IMG/VR virus record: IMGVR_UViG_3300042013_000067
Coordinates: 219,623 to 283,622 of that record
Length of the DNA stretch: 64,000 bases
Direction: 5' to 3' (one strand)
Origin: a virus
Taxonomy: Duplodnaviria > Caudoviricetes
Positions within the stretch are counted from its first letter, which is position 1. Every line of letters begins with the position of its first letter. A program made the translations under genes and the position numbers. The notes beneath the pieces are model-generated. The model did not search any database and was not told the origin of the DNA. It was given only the letters and a program-made list of their open reading frames with translations. This document shows positions 54,010 through 63,985 of the stretch, piece after piece.

Positions 54010-54495
54010 ATGTCTACCGCTGCCAAGTACAAAACAGAGATTCAAGGACCGATCGGCAGTCACACGGTGATTGTTAGCAATGCATCTAATAACTTCTTAG
54101 CGGTGGAGTTCTGGTGCAAGCCATGGGGTACCCTTTCCAACGATGCCGTTTGGGTGGCTTATACCCTGAACGGTAAGTTGTGCTTAGGGTCGCTGGAGCA
54201 CTTCTATGCCGGTAAGGCAGAAGCGATTACTGTAGCCCTTAAAGCCATCGATGACAAAGATGGTGGCCAGCGTGTCTACTTGTCGCACTTCCATGACTCA
54301 CACATGCAGTATGATACCGATGGTAACTTCTGCATTCTCTACGACAACGAACACCGTGCTGTGTTGATCTACCTCCGTGCCGACGGAAAAGATATCCTCA
54401 AGACAGGACCGGCTTACGAATACCCGATCGATCCTGAACAACACGCCATGTTAGTGCATGCCACGCGTAACGGCTCGTACTACAACCATATCTAA
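54010..54495 (+). CDS. hypothetical protein (161 aa)
   Basis: Co-oriented ORF. Confidence 0.8.
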   Translation: MSTAAKYKTEIQGPIGSHTVIVSNASNNFLAVEFWCKPWGTLSNDAVWVAYTLNGKLCLGSLEHFYAGKAEAITVALKAIDDKDGGQRVYLSHFHDSHMQYDTDGNFCILYDNEHRAVLIYLRADGKDILKTGPAYEYPIDPEQHAMLVHATRNGSYYNHI

Positions 54496-54514
54496 CTAAA
54501 GCAGGAGCTGGACA

Positions 54515-55315
54515 ATGTTTACTAAAGAACAATGGAAAGAGTGGTATGACTTCCGTACCCAGTTCGCCCTCGATATCAATAACGAAGCCGAAGAGTATCG
54601 CCAGACCTATCTGGAAATCTTTGCAGCTATCTTCGACGTCACCACCTACGACAGCAACAAGGACCGTTACTTCGGGTTGAAGATCCTTGAAGTGTTGCAT
54701 GCCATCGCCACTGGCAATGGCTATAACTACCAAGACCAGTCAGATGAGCATTACACCACATTTTTGATGGTAGCAAACTTCAAGAACGTGGCCCCGCTCC
54801 TCGAATGGGGTACTTCGATTCGTGGTGCATGGATGGAATCACCGAAAGAAGGCTGGGGACTGGATGAGATGATGGGTAACTATTGCCCGCCACAAGGTCT
54901 GCAACCAGTACTGCATTCTCGTGAAGAGATCTACGATTTCATCATTAAGTCTGTAGAACTCATCAAAGAGCAGGAAGCTACTTTTGCTGCCGCAGCAGCT
55001 TCCGAGCAGGAGCCAGATGCGCCAGTGGTCGATGGACCTACGTTTGAAGAGCACAACCGCAGGCTGGCGGAAGCAGTGAATGGTATCTCTGAAGCGCTGG
55101 GTGTGTATTTCCAGGACATCACTGAACCACAAACCGATGCGCAGATGGAGCATGAGATCCATAGGTTGGTTGAAGCACAGCTGCCGGACTATTTCGCCGA
55201 GTTCGGTGATGCCAATGCCACGTACACCCTAGTTAACGAGTCGAAGAGTGAGTTGCGCGCGTGGACACTGACGCTCAAGGCTTACAACCAACATGGCACC
55301 ATCGCCATCCAGTAA
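54515..55315 (+). CDS. conserved phage hypothetical protein (266 aa)
   Basis: LEWGTSIRGAW motif; AGGAG SD. Confidence 0.85.
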   Translation: MFTKEQWKEWYDFRTQFALDINNEAEEYRQTYLEIFAAIFDVTTYDSNKDRYFGLKILEVLHAIATGNGYNYQDQSDEHYTTFLMVANFKNVAPLLEWGTSIRGAWMESPKEGWGLDEMMGNYCPPQGLQPVLHSREEIYDFIIKSVELIKEQEATFAAAAASEQEPDAPVVDGPTFEEHNRRLAEAVNGISEALGVYFQDITEPQTDAQMEHEIHRLVEAQLPDYFAEFGDANATYTLVNESKSELRAWTLTLKAYNQHGTIAIQ

Positions 55316-55376
55316 TGTTAACGGGCGCCACTCAGGTGGTGTCCCTTATCCCGACTACTCCTTAAAGGAATAACCG

Positions 55377-55793
55377 ATGAAATCTCACCTCGCTATGTCT
55401 GACAAACCACTTTGCCCTGACTTTAACTGGGTCGTGGCTACCAGCATTAGTAAAGCCAAGGCTATCGCCGAAGCACTGGAATTACCGAACATCGTGCGAG
55501 ACCTCTCGGTGTTCCCTCAGGATCTTAGTAATGACCCACAGGTTCGTTACGAACACCTGCTCAATTACACCCAGACTCACGGTCGGGTTACGTTGTTGAC
55601 TGTGGTGGAAACCATGGAGGCGCACTACCTCGGTTTGGCAGATGAGTCAATCATCGGTAACCGCACTTCCTTTCTGGTTAAGGTGGGTGCGTTTGAAGCG
55701 ATGGGGGTGACCGATTCTTATTATCTGTCCCGTAACCGGCGCTACAGTCCCGGTCCTCACAGCATCAACCTTAAGAACGTTATGATTGGTTGA
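55377..55793 (+). CDS. hypothetical protein (138 aa)
   Basis: AAGGA SD. Confidence 0.75.
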   Translation: MKSHLAMSDKPLCPDFNWVVATSISKAKAIAEALELPNIVRDLSVFPQDLSNDPQVRYEHLLNYTQTHGRVTLLTVVETMEAHYLGLADESIIGNRTSFLVKVGAFEAMGVTDSYYLSRNRRYSPGPHSINLKNVMIG

Positions 55794-55827
55794 TGCGTGC
55801 TACCCTTTAACGAGATAGGGTGTTTGT

Positions 55828-56502
55828 ATGTTCGTTGATATCAGTAACTACCTGATCGCTACACCACTGCCGGTTTCACCAGAGAACCCGGTGGCATTGG
55901 AACTCATGGGTGATGAAGCACTGCTGTTGTGTCCTGAAGTGATCAGTCAACTGGCTGATGGTTCTGTCCAGCTGACTGCACCTACCTTGGGTGCTTCCAG
56001 TAAAAGCACTCACCGTACCCGTTGTGAATGGAAAGAGCCTGAGTATTGGGCTTTGAGCAGTGCCGCTAAGCACTGGAGCCGTCAGGAAATGACGCTCACT
56101 AAAGTTAACGCTGCACAGAAGGTGGTGGTCGCTCAGATCCACGTCAAGGACGCCACCACACCACCGTTGAAGGTATTCTGGAATAAAGGCAAGATCACTG
56201 CAGGTTTTCGCAGTAGCTTTGCTGCTCCAGATATCGTCAACAGTACGCTGCATAGTGACGTACCACTGGGCGTGCCGTTCAAGATCAGCATTGGTGTTAC
56301 TGCCAGTGGTTCGGTCTCAGTCAACGTCCTGTGCCAAGGCGTCCCTTCTGTGAAAGTGGCGATGCGCTTAGACAGTAGTTGGATACCGCGAATCCTTCAG
56401 TTCCATGGTGGTGTGTACAACCAAATCGACTACACCGATGACACCCCAGCCGAAGACGGTTCGGTGTGCATCATCCACGAACTCAGCACTACCCACGAAT
56501 AA
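55828..56502 (+). CDS. polysaccharide lyase family 7 (alginate lyase-like)
   Basis: RTRCEWKE (RxELR-like), AQIH, QFHGGVYNQ (YFKAGxYxQ-like) motifs in PL7 order. Confidence 0.8.
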   Translation: MFVDISNYLIATPLPVSPENPVALELMGDEALLLCPEVISQLADGSVQLTAPTLGASSKSTHRTRCEWKEPEYWALSSAAKHWSRQEMTLTKVNAAQKVVVAQIHVKDATTPPLKVFWNKGKITAGFRSSFAAPDIVNSTLHSDVPLGVPFKISIGVTASGSVSVNVLCQGVPSVKVAMRLDSSWIPRILQFHGGVYNQIDYTDDTPAEDGSVCIIHELSTTHE

Positions 56503-56540
56503 GGCATAGGCCCTCTCCTTCGGGAAAGGGCCATATGTCC
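56503..56540. terminator. hairpin (family)
   Basis: GGCATAGGCCCTCTCC-TTCG-GGAAAGGGCCATATGTCC. Confidence 0.8.
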
Positions 56541-56570
56541 GCTTTTTATCTACAGACCTAGGAGTACACC

Positions 56571-57146
56571 ATGCAGCATTCACAAGAAGCACTCGATCTA
56601 CTGGAAGACAGCCTGTGGGATGAGTATCACTCAGCCACACGTGATGATCCTGAGATCAATGTCGCCATGGCTGATGTGTTGCTTAAGCAATGCGGTTTTC
56701 CTGGTTCGGTGGATCTAAACAAGTTCCGCTATGGTGTACTCTGGACTTGGGAAGAACGTAGCCGCATGGGTATCGTGACCGATGCCTACTTCTACGAGAT
56801 CTCTTGGGATCCGCAGTTGGTGCGTTCGGCCATGATCAACCGCTGGCCATTGGTTATGGATCAGGCAACGTTTGATATGTACCGGGCACACGGTAACAAC
56901 CCAAGTCAGGTTATCACTTGGCCTGCTGGTGTTGAAGCCTTCGAACTGACGCGGGTAACCGAAGAAGTTCTGTTCTGGGAAATCCCAAGCCTGCAAGACA
57001 ATGGGCACGACGTGCAACTGCGTCGTGATGCGTCCGTACACCTGTCACCAACCACTATCTACATCGGCGAACCCGGTAACGAGATCACCGCCGATTCATT
57101 CGTTAAAGCTCCAGCCGTATGGCCGGGCACTCCTTCTAAGGAATAA
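56571..57146 (+). CDS. hypothetical protein (191 aa)
   Basis: AGGAG SD. Confidence 0.85.
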   Translation: MQHSQEALDLLEDSLWDEYHSATRDDPEINVAMADVLLKQCGFPGSVDLNKFRYGVLWTWEERSRMGIVTDAYFYEISWDPQLVRSAMINRWPLVMDQATFDMYRAHGNNPSQVITWPAGVEAFELTRVTEEVLFWEIPSLQDNGHDVQLRRDASVHLSPTTIYIGEPGNEITADSFVKAPAVWPGTPSKE

Positions 57147-57152
57147 GCTAAC

Positions 57153-57905
57153 ATGACCACTCCATTCGTTAAAGTCGATACCATCACTTACACCACTGTT
57201 AAATGCAAGTGTCCTCTGTGCAACAAACACGAGTTCAGTGTTGGCCACCTGTTCCACGATGCCGCTAAACAGGAAAAGGGGTACTATCCTGTTTACTGGA
57301 GTTGTGATGAGTGCCGTGCCAAGTTCGAAATCCGTGTCTTCGCGGATCGTCACGTGGAGTTCTCGCAAACTGGCGTGGAGGAAAACCCCTTCGTTCCGGC
57401 GCTGGTCCTCCTAAGGTCAAACACCGGTGAAGGACAAACGCCGATCTACGCGGTGGTGCGTGCTGGTGCACACAAGGACTCGATTGATAAAGAGAAGGCT
57501 GAACGCTTCTCCAGTCACCTCGATTACTACTACGGTGAGGGCACTTGCCCGACGAACTGGTTCAGCGACACCGTTGCTCTGATCCAGGGCGGTGACGACG
57601 ACCCGCATGGTTGCTTCGAGTTTGTGGGTGTGTTGGATGAAGCTGACGTGTTGGCAGCACTCAAAGCTAACCCCGGTGCGAACCATGGGCAAGCTGATGA
57701 CACCAGTCGGTTCATTCAGGATAACGTGCGTCTGATCTTCCCTCAGCTGTTCGAGGGTGGCGAGACGTTCGATGCTGAAGAACCTAAGTCTACCTTCCTT
57801 AAGGATGCCATTACCGAAGCACGCGCCAAAGCACTGATGCACGAATCGACTGTGGTAAAATCAATCACAGCACAGTCGGCGGCAGATAGTCCTAAGGAGA
57901 TGTAA
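57153..57905 (+). CDS. zinc-ribbon-containing protein (250 aa)
   Basis: CKCPLC...WSCDEC; TAAGGA SD. Confidence 0.85.
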   Translation: MTTPFVKVDTITYTTVKCKCPLCNKHEFSVGHLFHDAAKQEKGYYPVYWSCDECRAKFEIRVFADRHVEFSQTGVEENPFVPALVLLRSNTGEGQTPIYAVVRAGAHKDSIDKEKAERFSSHLDYYYGEGTCPTNWFSDTVALIQGGDDDPHGCFEFVGVLDEADVLAALKANPGANHGQADDTSRFIQDNVRLIFPQLFEGGETFDAEEPKSTFLKDAITEARAKALMHESTVVKSITAQSAADSPKEM

Positions 57906-57908
57906 GTC

Positions 57909-58226
57909 ATGTGTGAGGGTTATGTTTGGACAGTAGAACAACGCGAGCGGTTGCGTGAAGCATCGCTGAAGCGTGAAGGTACTATCCGCCAAAAGGTATC
58001 GGTGGGTGGTGTCGTCTATAACAACTACTCTCAGGCAGCGGCAGCTACGGGGATCAGTCCCCGTAGCATTCGTCGTTATGCCATCGAAGGTGTCAAGCCA
58101 CAGTCTGGTCGTAATCGTAAGCTTGCTCCAGAATTACTGGCTATAGCCAAAACCATCACATTTGTAGAGACGTCACATGAAACAGAAATTAAAACGTTTG
58201 GCCCTTCGAGTTCGATGGTGGTGTAG
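57909..58226 (+). CDS. NUMOD/HTH-like DNA-binding protein
   Basis: WTVEQRERLREAS (NUMOD3-like) and VSVGGVVYNNYSQAAAATGIS..SIRRY (NUMOD1-like HTH). Confidence 0.55.
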   Translation: MCEGYVWTVEQRERLREASLKREGTIRQKVSVGGVVYNNYSQAAAATGISPRSIRRYAIEGVKPQSGRNRKLAPELLAIAKTITFVETSHETEIKTFGPSSSMVV

Positions 58227-58509
58227 TTTCCTCAGCTTTTTATTGACTGAAGCGATATTCGGACCAGTGTGGTATGCCTGTCGTTACTACCGAAGTCTCC
58301 GTGAACGTAAGACCGGCGATGCACTGTTGATGGAAGCATTAGCAGCGACCACCGACGTAGATCGGGTTCTACCTATTGTAAAAGCCTGGCTGGAAACCCA
58401 TGGCGGCCGACGCCGCGCGTACACATGGACAATCTACCCAATGTGGCAACCTGCTGATGAATACATCGTGATCCGCAGCGGCACGGCCTATCTGAAACTC
58501 TCTTACTGA
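58177..58509 (+). CDS. hypothetical membrane-associated protein (110 aa)
   Basis: Hydrophobic WWCSFLSFLLTEAIFGPVWY segment. Confidence 0.6.
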   Translation: MKQKLKRLALRVRWWCSFLSFLLTEAIFGPVWYACRYYRSLRERKTGDALLMEALAATTDVDRVLPIVKAWLETHGGRRRAYTWTIYPMWQPADEYIVIRSGTAYLKLSY

Positions 58510-58600
58510 GCATATTCCTATAACCCCTCCCCTGACCGGGAGGGGCTTATGTCGCTTTTTCTTTTTATTCGGTAATGATGTGGGGCAAAGAGGCAACACC

Positions 58601-58717
58601 ATGAAGCTCACATTGAAACAATTCGTTCGCAACACGTTCGTCATTATCGGTGTAGTGTTGGCTGTGCTTATCATCCTCCCGATTGTAGTGTTGGTATGGT
58701 GGTTAGATCAAAAGTAG
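58601..58717 (+). CDS. small membrane protein (38 aa; not in ORF track)
   Basis: GAGG SD; MKLTLKQFVRNTFVIIGVVLAVLIILPIVVLVWWLDQK. Confidence 0.65.
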   Translation: MKLTLKQFVRNTFVIIGVVLAVLIILPIVVLVWWLDQK

Positions 58718-58722
58718 TAGAC

Positions 58723-58758
58723 GACATATAGTCCCTCCCACACGGGAGGGACTTATGC
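58723..58758. terminator. bidirectional hairpin (family)
   Basis: GACATATAGTCCCTCCC-acac-GGGAGGGACTTATGC between convergent blocks. Confidence 0.85.
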
Positions 58759-58762
58759 TGTT

Positions 58763-59509
58763 TCAAGCAATCAACTCAAGTACTGGTTGCCAAACCGCCG
58801 AAGACACGGCAGTGGCCTTCATATAACTGGTGGCCGAATGGATGGAGAAAGCATTGTGACCACGGAAGTAGCAGTATGCCGTGTTCTGTGCTGAAACCTC
58901 CTGACAGACGATCCAGCCTTGCGATAACTGCCCCAAGGTGTATGCGGCCCAATCAGTACCGACTTGCTGTGTCGGGTTAGTAGTACAGCTTCGGTACATT
59001 AACTGGTTGTATTCGGAAAACTTGAATGCAACATCATCATCATACCGCCCAGTACCGGCAGAGAAACCCAAGTTAATGGAATCCCCGATACCGGTCTTAA
59101 ACAGACGCACTCGATAAGTATATCCACCGATGACAACACGTGCGTCCTGCAGTCTAGGTGTAGCCGGTGGGTAAGCACCATTGACATCATTACCATACAC
59201 TGCACCGCAAGCATAAATCTGTGCCCACGATACGTTACTACGGTATCCCCCTTTAGGGATAAGTACTACTTTATTCTTCCATGCAAACTTAAGCCAGTTG
59301 GCGTTGATGTTTGCAGTAATAACCGTGCCAGACGTTAGGCCAATGGCCGTCGCTAGGTTGGTGCCGTTGATGAAATCGGCGACGGGGACCTCGCCAAAGA
59401 AACCTTCCGTGTTATCGCCAGCTACTAATGCAGACGGTCCTATGCCTGTGTCACCCGGCAACTGCGGTATAGCTGGCTGACCACCCGCCAACATAAGTAT
59501 TTCAAGCAT
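58763..59509 (-). CDS. virion structural / tail-associated protein
   Basis: GFFGEV...FI.G..LA..IGL..G...WLKF...K..SW..IY..GAVYG...WQPVLEL pattern seen in phiKZ-like virion paralogues; start revised (a hairpin covers 59539-59567). Confidence 0.65.
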   Translation of the reverse strand: MLEILMLAGGQPAIPQLPGDTGIGPSALVAGDNTEGFFGEVPVADFINGTNLATAIGLTSGTVITANINANWLKFAWKNKVVLIPKGGYRSNVSWAQIYACGAVYGNDVNGAYPPATPRLQDARVVIGGYTYRVRLFKTGIGDSINLGFSAGTGRYDDDVAFKFSEYNQLMYRSCTTNPTQQVGTDWAAYTLGQLSQGWIVCQEVSAQNTAYCYFRGHNAFSIHSATSYMKATAVSSAVWQPVLELIA

Positions 59510-59578
59510 ACGTTCAAGACCCCATATAACTGAAGATAGCATAGGCCAGCCCGCTGGGCTGGCCTAATACCCCTTCTC

Positions 59579-61222
59579 TTACGAACGGATTACCGCCAGT
59601 GCTGTGGTAGCCAAATGGAGATCCGAATCATAAGTTCTTCTGATCCAGCGAATGTACAGCAATTCGCCATGGTTGAGGTCGTTGTTCACGATCTGGTCTT
59701 GGTTCCAGTCACCCACTGGAAACTCGTAGGCGTTGTTCATGAACTGCAAGATGAAGTGCGTTGGAGTCGGCGCTTCTTCTTCCACCTCAATGTTGAAGAG
59801 TGGTTGTGCGGAGTAGTACATCTGGTTGAGCCAGTTGTTCAGCGTGGTGTTACCCATACCGATGTTCAGGCGCCAGTTGTTCACACTCACGTAACGCATG
59901 TTGGCAACTACGCCACGACCGTAGCCCGTAGGCTGGTTCGGCGTGAACAGGATTTCCCAGTTCGGTGCTTGGTTGTCACCACTGTTGAGCAACGCGATAC
60001 GGAACGTCTGCACGTGCCGGTACTGAGCGAAGCGACCGTCGACGCGGTTGATGTCGACAGCCCACGTGACCTCTTGCACGACGCCGTACGCTTTCGGATC
60101 GAAAGGATTGGAGGTCGTACCGAGTTCCACGTAAGGGGTGACGTTGTAGAAGGTCTGACGATCGAGGTTGTACATCCAGAACTCCATCCGGTAGCCCAGT
60201 GCAGCACTGACCCAGATAGGATAACCGAACAGTTTGATCTCGTAAGCGCCATCAGCCGCCACAGTACGGGCTACGTAGTCCACCGACAACGTACGGTTGA
60301 TCGACGGAGTCATGTTGAAACTGATCTCGTCTTCAGCCAGTGTGTAGTTGAGCACCATCGGGAACTGTTGACCGATCTCGGTGGCAATGTAATTGCGCAG
60401 ACCGAACAGGTTGAACTGTTGACCATTGATACTCAGGCGGTTCTGCGTACCATCGCTGTAAGACACTACAGCCGTCAGTGGCAGGGATTCCACGGTAACG
60501 TTGAGTGGGAACTCAACCACTTGTGGATCAGCCGAGGAGATGAACGGAGAGTCCAGATGGATACCCTGCACATAACGCTTGCTCGCATCCGCACGGCGCA
60601 CCGCTTTGGAGTTCACGATCAGCAGCTGCGCTTGGCTGACGGGTGTGTTCTGCTCACCGTAGAACACCATGGTGACCAGTTGCCCGTTTTCCAGTTCTTC
60701 ACTGGTGTAGCCCGGTGCCGGTGCCTTGGCCGGTTTGGCCGTCACTGGATCGTAGATCTCCTCGATTGGTACGTTCACACCGAGGAATGTCCCCGAAGGA
60801 TCATACATGGCCGAGATGACCTTACCGAACTCAGGTGAGATGTCAGCACCCAAGAACACCACGTAGCTTTGCATCTCGCGGTGGTAGGAATGCAGACGAT
60901 AGTCCGGCGTGAGGGTGTGTGGAGTCACGGAGGTATCGAGGAACATCCGGAACGATTCCGAACTGTAACCAGGACCTACCGCTACCAACTTAGCGTCGGC
61001 ATCACCGTCAGCGCTGACTGGAGGTGTCCAAGACACCAGTGTGGAGTAACCCGTGGTTTGATCCACCTCCACTACCCGGAAGTAACCCTGCGCCCAGTCA
61101 TGGATCTTGTCGTCTACGTTCGGTACCCATCTGCCTGCGCTGTTAGGGGCAACGATTTCCCAGCGCCCGAACTCGCGAAAGCCCCGCTCGGGGTCGCGGT
61201 ATTTGGATTCATCAAAAGCCAT
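59579..61222 (-). CDS. phiKZ-like virion structural protein (547 aa)
   Basis: Long beta-rich ORF in late minus-strand block. Confidence 0.65.
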   Translation of the reverse strand: MAFDESKYRDPERGFREFGRWEIVAPNSAGRWVPNVDDKIHDWAQGYFRVVEVDQTTGYSTLVSWTPPVSADGDADAKLVAVGPGYSSESFRMFLDTSVTPHTLTPDYRLHSYHREMQSYVVFLGADISPEFGKVISAMYDPSGTFLGVNVPIEEIYDPVTAKPAKAPAPGYTSEELENGQLVTMVFYGEQNTPVSQAQLLIVNSKAVRRADASKRYVQGIHLDSPFISSADPQVVEFPLNVTVESLPLTAVVSYSDGTQNRLSINGQQFNLFGLRNYIATEIGQQFPMVLNYTLAEDEISFNMTPSINRTLSVDYVARTVAADGAYEIKLFGYPIWVSAALGYRMEFWMYNLDRQTFYNVTPYVELGTTSNPFDPKAYGVVQEVTWAVDINRVDGRFAQYRHVQTFRIALLNSGDNQAPNWEILFTPNQPTGYGRGVVANMRYVSVNNWRLNIGMGNTTLNNWLNQMYYSAQPLFNIEVEEEAPTPTHFILQFMNNAYEFPVGDWNQDQIVNNDLNHGELLYIRWIRRTYDSDLHLATTALAVIRS

Positions 61223-61225
61223 GGT

Positions 61226-63913
61226 TTATATCCCGTTGTCGACGAAGACAAACACTGAAATATCAGGTGGTACCTGCAGGTAAGTCTTCAATGCACGTTT
61301 CAAGAAGTTGTAGCGTTCGATTGGTAGCCCCACTGGAGCACCTTTCCAGTGTGGGTAGACCTGCACATGGGTTTCGTTGTAATCACGGTTACAAAGATCG
61401 TAATCCAACAACCACTCATAGCCGGTAAGCCACTCACGAATGTCGACCTCACTGTAGTGATCCATCAACCCAGCCGGTGCCAGCAACCCAGACTTCAGGT
61501 CATGTACCAGTTTGTTGGCAAAGCAGGACACCACTGCGTATTGGCGGGTTATCGTATCGATAGGCCCACGTGGGCGTTTTGGATACAGGTTGCCCATATA
61601 CGCCGATACCGCTACATCCTTGGCATCGTCCGCATCCCGCGCTACACGATCGTAGAGGTAGACATCACGAAACACCATAGGTGGTGTCTGGATGCTGTAG
61701 GGTGCACCATTGCGCTCGTCGGTAACGATCGCAGTACCCCAGTCCTCTTCAAAATGAAGTGTCTTCGGATCGCGGTAGTGACCATCGATCACCATCCGCT
61801 GTACCTTGTGGGTGTGGATGTTGTAAGTAGGGTCATTGGACAGCAGCCCGTACTCGATGAAACCGAACTCTGTTTGCACAGGACGGCTCAAGTCACCTTC
61901 GCACAAGCCATAACCCCGAATCAGGAAGTTCTGGATAGCAGCCGCGCTTAGGTACTCAAGGTTGCACACAACGATCTCGGGCCACTTAACAACGTAGTCG
62001 AGACCTTCAATCAGTGCACGACCTTCAACGAACAAGTCGAACTGACCCGGCGGCACTTCGAGCAGTTTATAGTCGGTCAGACCCTGATGGGTTTCATAAC
62101 TACCGATACTGAACCGTAGCGTACCCGTGTCCTTGTTAAGGGTCAGTGGGTAGCAAAGGAACTGGTTGTCCTGCCGTACGCAGCTGTACCACTCGGTATC
62201 GTCGTAGGTCCAGACCCATTTCGGTGTAGCGCCGCTGGTATCTAGGTGACCCCAGTCCTCACGGTTCGTGAGTTCAGTGATGTCTTGCCACCCACCTTGT
62301 TGTGCACCGGCGAACAATGCAACCACGTAGACACGATAGTTGTACTGTAGATCCAACGATACCGGTGCTTTACCGTAAACCGTGTTCAGCGAGTTACCGC
62401 CTCGACCCACGATGGCTTCAACCCGAACCGTAGCAGCGTTGCGTACCGGATAACGACGACCACCGGCATGGTAATGCCACTCCAACAACACCCCTTGAGC
62501 ATCGAACTCAAAGATAGTCGAGTTGTACCAGTGAGCGTAGCTCATCTCTGCTTCACGACGACCATTGACATCCTTTACCAGCGTCGGCGTAGCAGCCAAG
62601 ATACTGGCAGCAGCGTGGTAGCCAAAGACCTCACCGGCGAACTCCTGAGCGGCTTCCTTCTGTGCGTTAGTTACGTCTGGATCGTTGAAGCCAATTGGCA
62701 ACACCTGTGCGTTAGGTGCACCCATGAACTTAACATAGGCGGCCTTCTCCAGATTCTCAGCTTTCCAGATCGGCAGCGTGGCGTCCAAACCGGTCATGGC
62801 ACGCACCACCCGATCATCTGACATCCGGTAGAGCTCATGGATGCGTGATGCTTCAGGTTGTAGCGGGCGATCGTAACCCGACTGACGGAAATACACCCGC
62901 AGCTTGAGCTCCGACAAACTCGACCACTTGTCTTCGGTAAACTTCACCGAGTCCAAGATATAGCGCGGGTCTGTGGGGTGAGCCAGCATGAATGCATTGA
63001 GTCGCTCGATCGGGATACTGTAGTCCTTGTGCGTCAGCTGGCGCAACCAGTTCCCTTCATTGCGATGGTAAGTCGCACCCAAGAAGCGACCATTGCCACC
63101 ACCTTCCTTAATGAGGAATACGTCCAAGTCGTCATAAAAGCGGATCGACTGCACGGTAGGATCGTTGTAGTGGATCAGGAATTTATTCTCGGTGTCCAGT
63201 GTGGACAAGAAAGTTGGCAAGTCGGTGATCGGGAAATCGATGTAGTTGTCGATCGAGGAGTCAATGATCAACTCCATGGCATCGCCTGGGGTGCAGTTCA
63301 TCAGACTCAGCGTGTTACTGAATCGACCATTGACGAAGTAGTAGGGTACCTGACCCGGATGGGCCAATACCGCTTGAGCCATGGCGATCTGCAGGTTTAC
63401 CAATTCCTGCGTGGTCTTTGGCGTACCGCACAACGTGAACACCGACTTACGTACGGCTTGAGTCGAGCGCACGCTATCGAAATAGGCGTTGTTATAAAAG
63501 CGCAGGTAAATATCCTGCTGATCCAACGAACCCACCCGATCATTGATCTTCACTGCAATCAACAGGTTCTTAGTGCCTGTCAGTAGCAGATGGACCTCAT
63601 GGCGTGGGAACTGAATTCCGTTGTTGATGTAGAGCTCCGAATACAACGCGGTTTCATTGGCGATATCAGCCAGCGACATCCAAGTGTTGTAACGTTTCGG
63701 AACACCCAAGAGCGTCGGTTCGACCTTACCGATCTGGTAGATCATGTAGTAATCGCGCTCAGTCGGCATTAGGTACCGCTCGAAGTCGACCGTATACGCC
63801 GTGTGCACACCAAAGCGCGGAGACAGCCGCACGAGACGATACACGTGCTGCCGGTCCATCGATGGGTTACACCAAACCGTACTGATCGCATGGCGCAGAA
63901 GGTACTCGTTCAT
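61226..63913 (-). CDS. phiKZ-like large virion structural protein (895 aa)
   Basis: Long ORF, YL..HAI..VWC.P..D.Q N-terminus, late minus-strand block. Confidence 0.65.
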   Translation of the reverse strand: MNEYLLRHAISTVWCNPSMDRQHVYRLVRLSPRFGVHTAYTVDFERYLMPTERDYYMIYQIGKVEPTLLGVPKRYNTWMSLADIANETALYSELYINNGIQFPRHEVHLLLTGTKNLLIAVKINDRVGSLDQQDIYLRFYNNAYFDSVRSTQAVRKSVFTLCGTPKTTQELVNLQIAMAQAVLAHPGQVPYYFVNGRFSNTLSLMNCTPGDAMELIIDSSIDNYIDFPITDLPTFLSTLDTENKFLIHYNDPTVQSIRFYDDLDVFLIKEGGGNGRFLGATYHRNEGNWLRQLTHKDYSIPIERLNAFMLAHPTDPRYILDSVKFTEDKWSSLSELKLRVYFRQSGYDRPLQPEASRIHELYRMSDDRVVRAMTGLDATLPIWKAENLEKAAYVKFMGAPNAQVLPIGFNDPDVTNAQKEAAQEFAGEVFGYHAAASILAATPTLVKDVNGRREAEMSYAHWYNSTIFEFDAQGVLLEWHYHAGGRRYPVRNAATVRVEAIVGRGGNSLNTVYGKAPVSLDLQYNYRVYVVALFAGAQQGGWQDITELTNREDWGHLDTSGATPKWVWTYDDTEWYSCVRQDNQFLCYPLTLNKDTGTLRFSIGSYETHQGLTDYKLLEVPPGQFDLFVEGRALIEGLDYVVKWPEIVVCNLEYLSAAAIQNFLIRGYGLCEGDLSRPVQTEFGFIEYGLLSNDPTYNIHTHKVQRMVIDGHYRDPKTLHFEEDWGTAIVTDERNGAPYSIQTPPMVFRDVYLYDRVARDADDAKDVAVSAYMGNLYPKRPRGPIDTITRQYAVVSCFANKLVHDLKSGLLAPAGLMDHYSEVDIREWLTGYEWLLDYDLCNRDYNETHVQVYPHWKGAPVGLPIERYNFLKRALKTYLQVPPDISVFVFVDNGI

Positions 63914-63985
63914 TTAGGCTACCTGTGAACAGAGGTGACAAATATTACTGGCATGCTTAGTTAAAGCTCATAACATCGGGTGTAA

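Noticed and set aside
58763-59509. Diversity-generating retroelement
   Set aside because: No reverse transcriptase and no adenine-mismatched template repeat seen in the window
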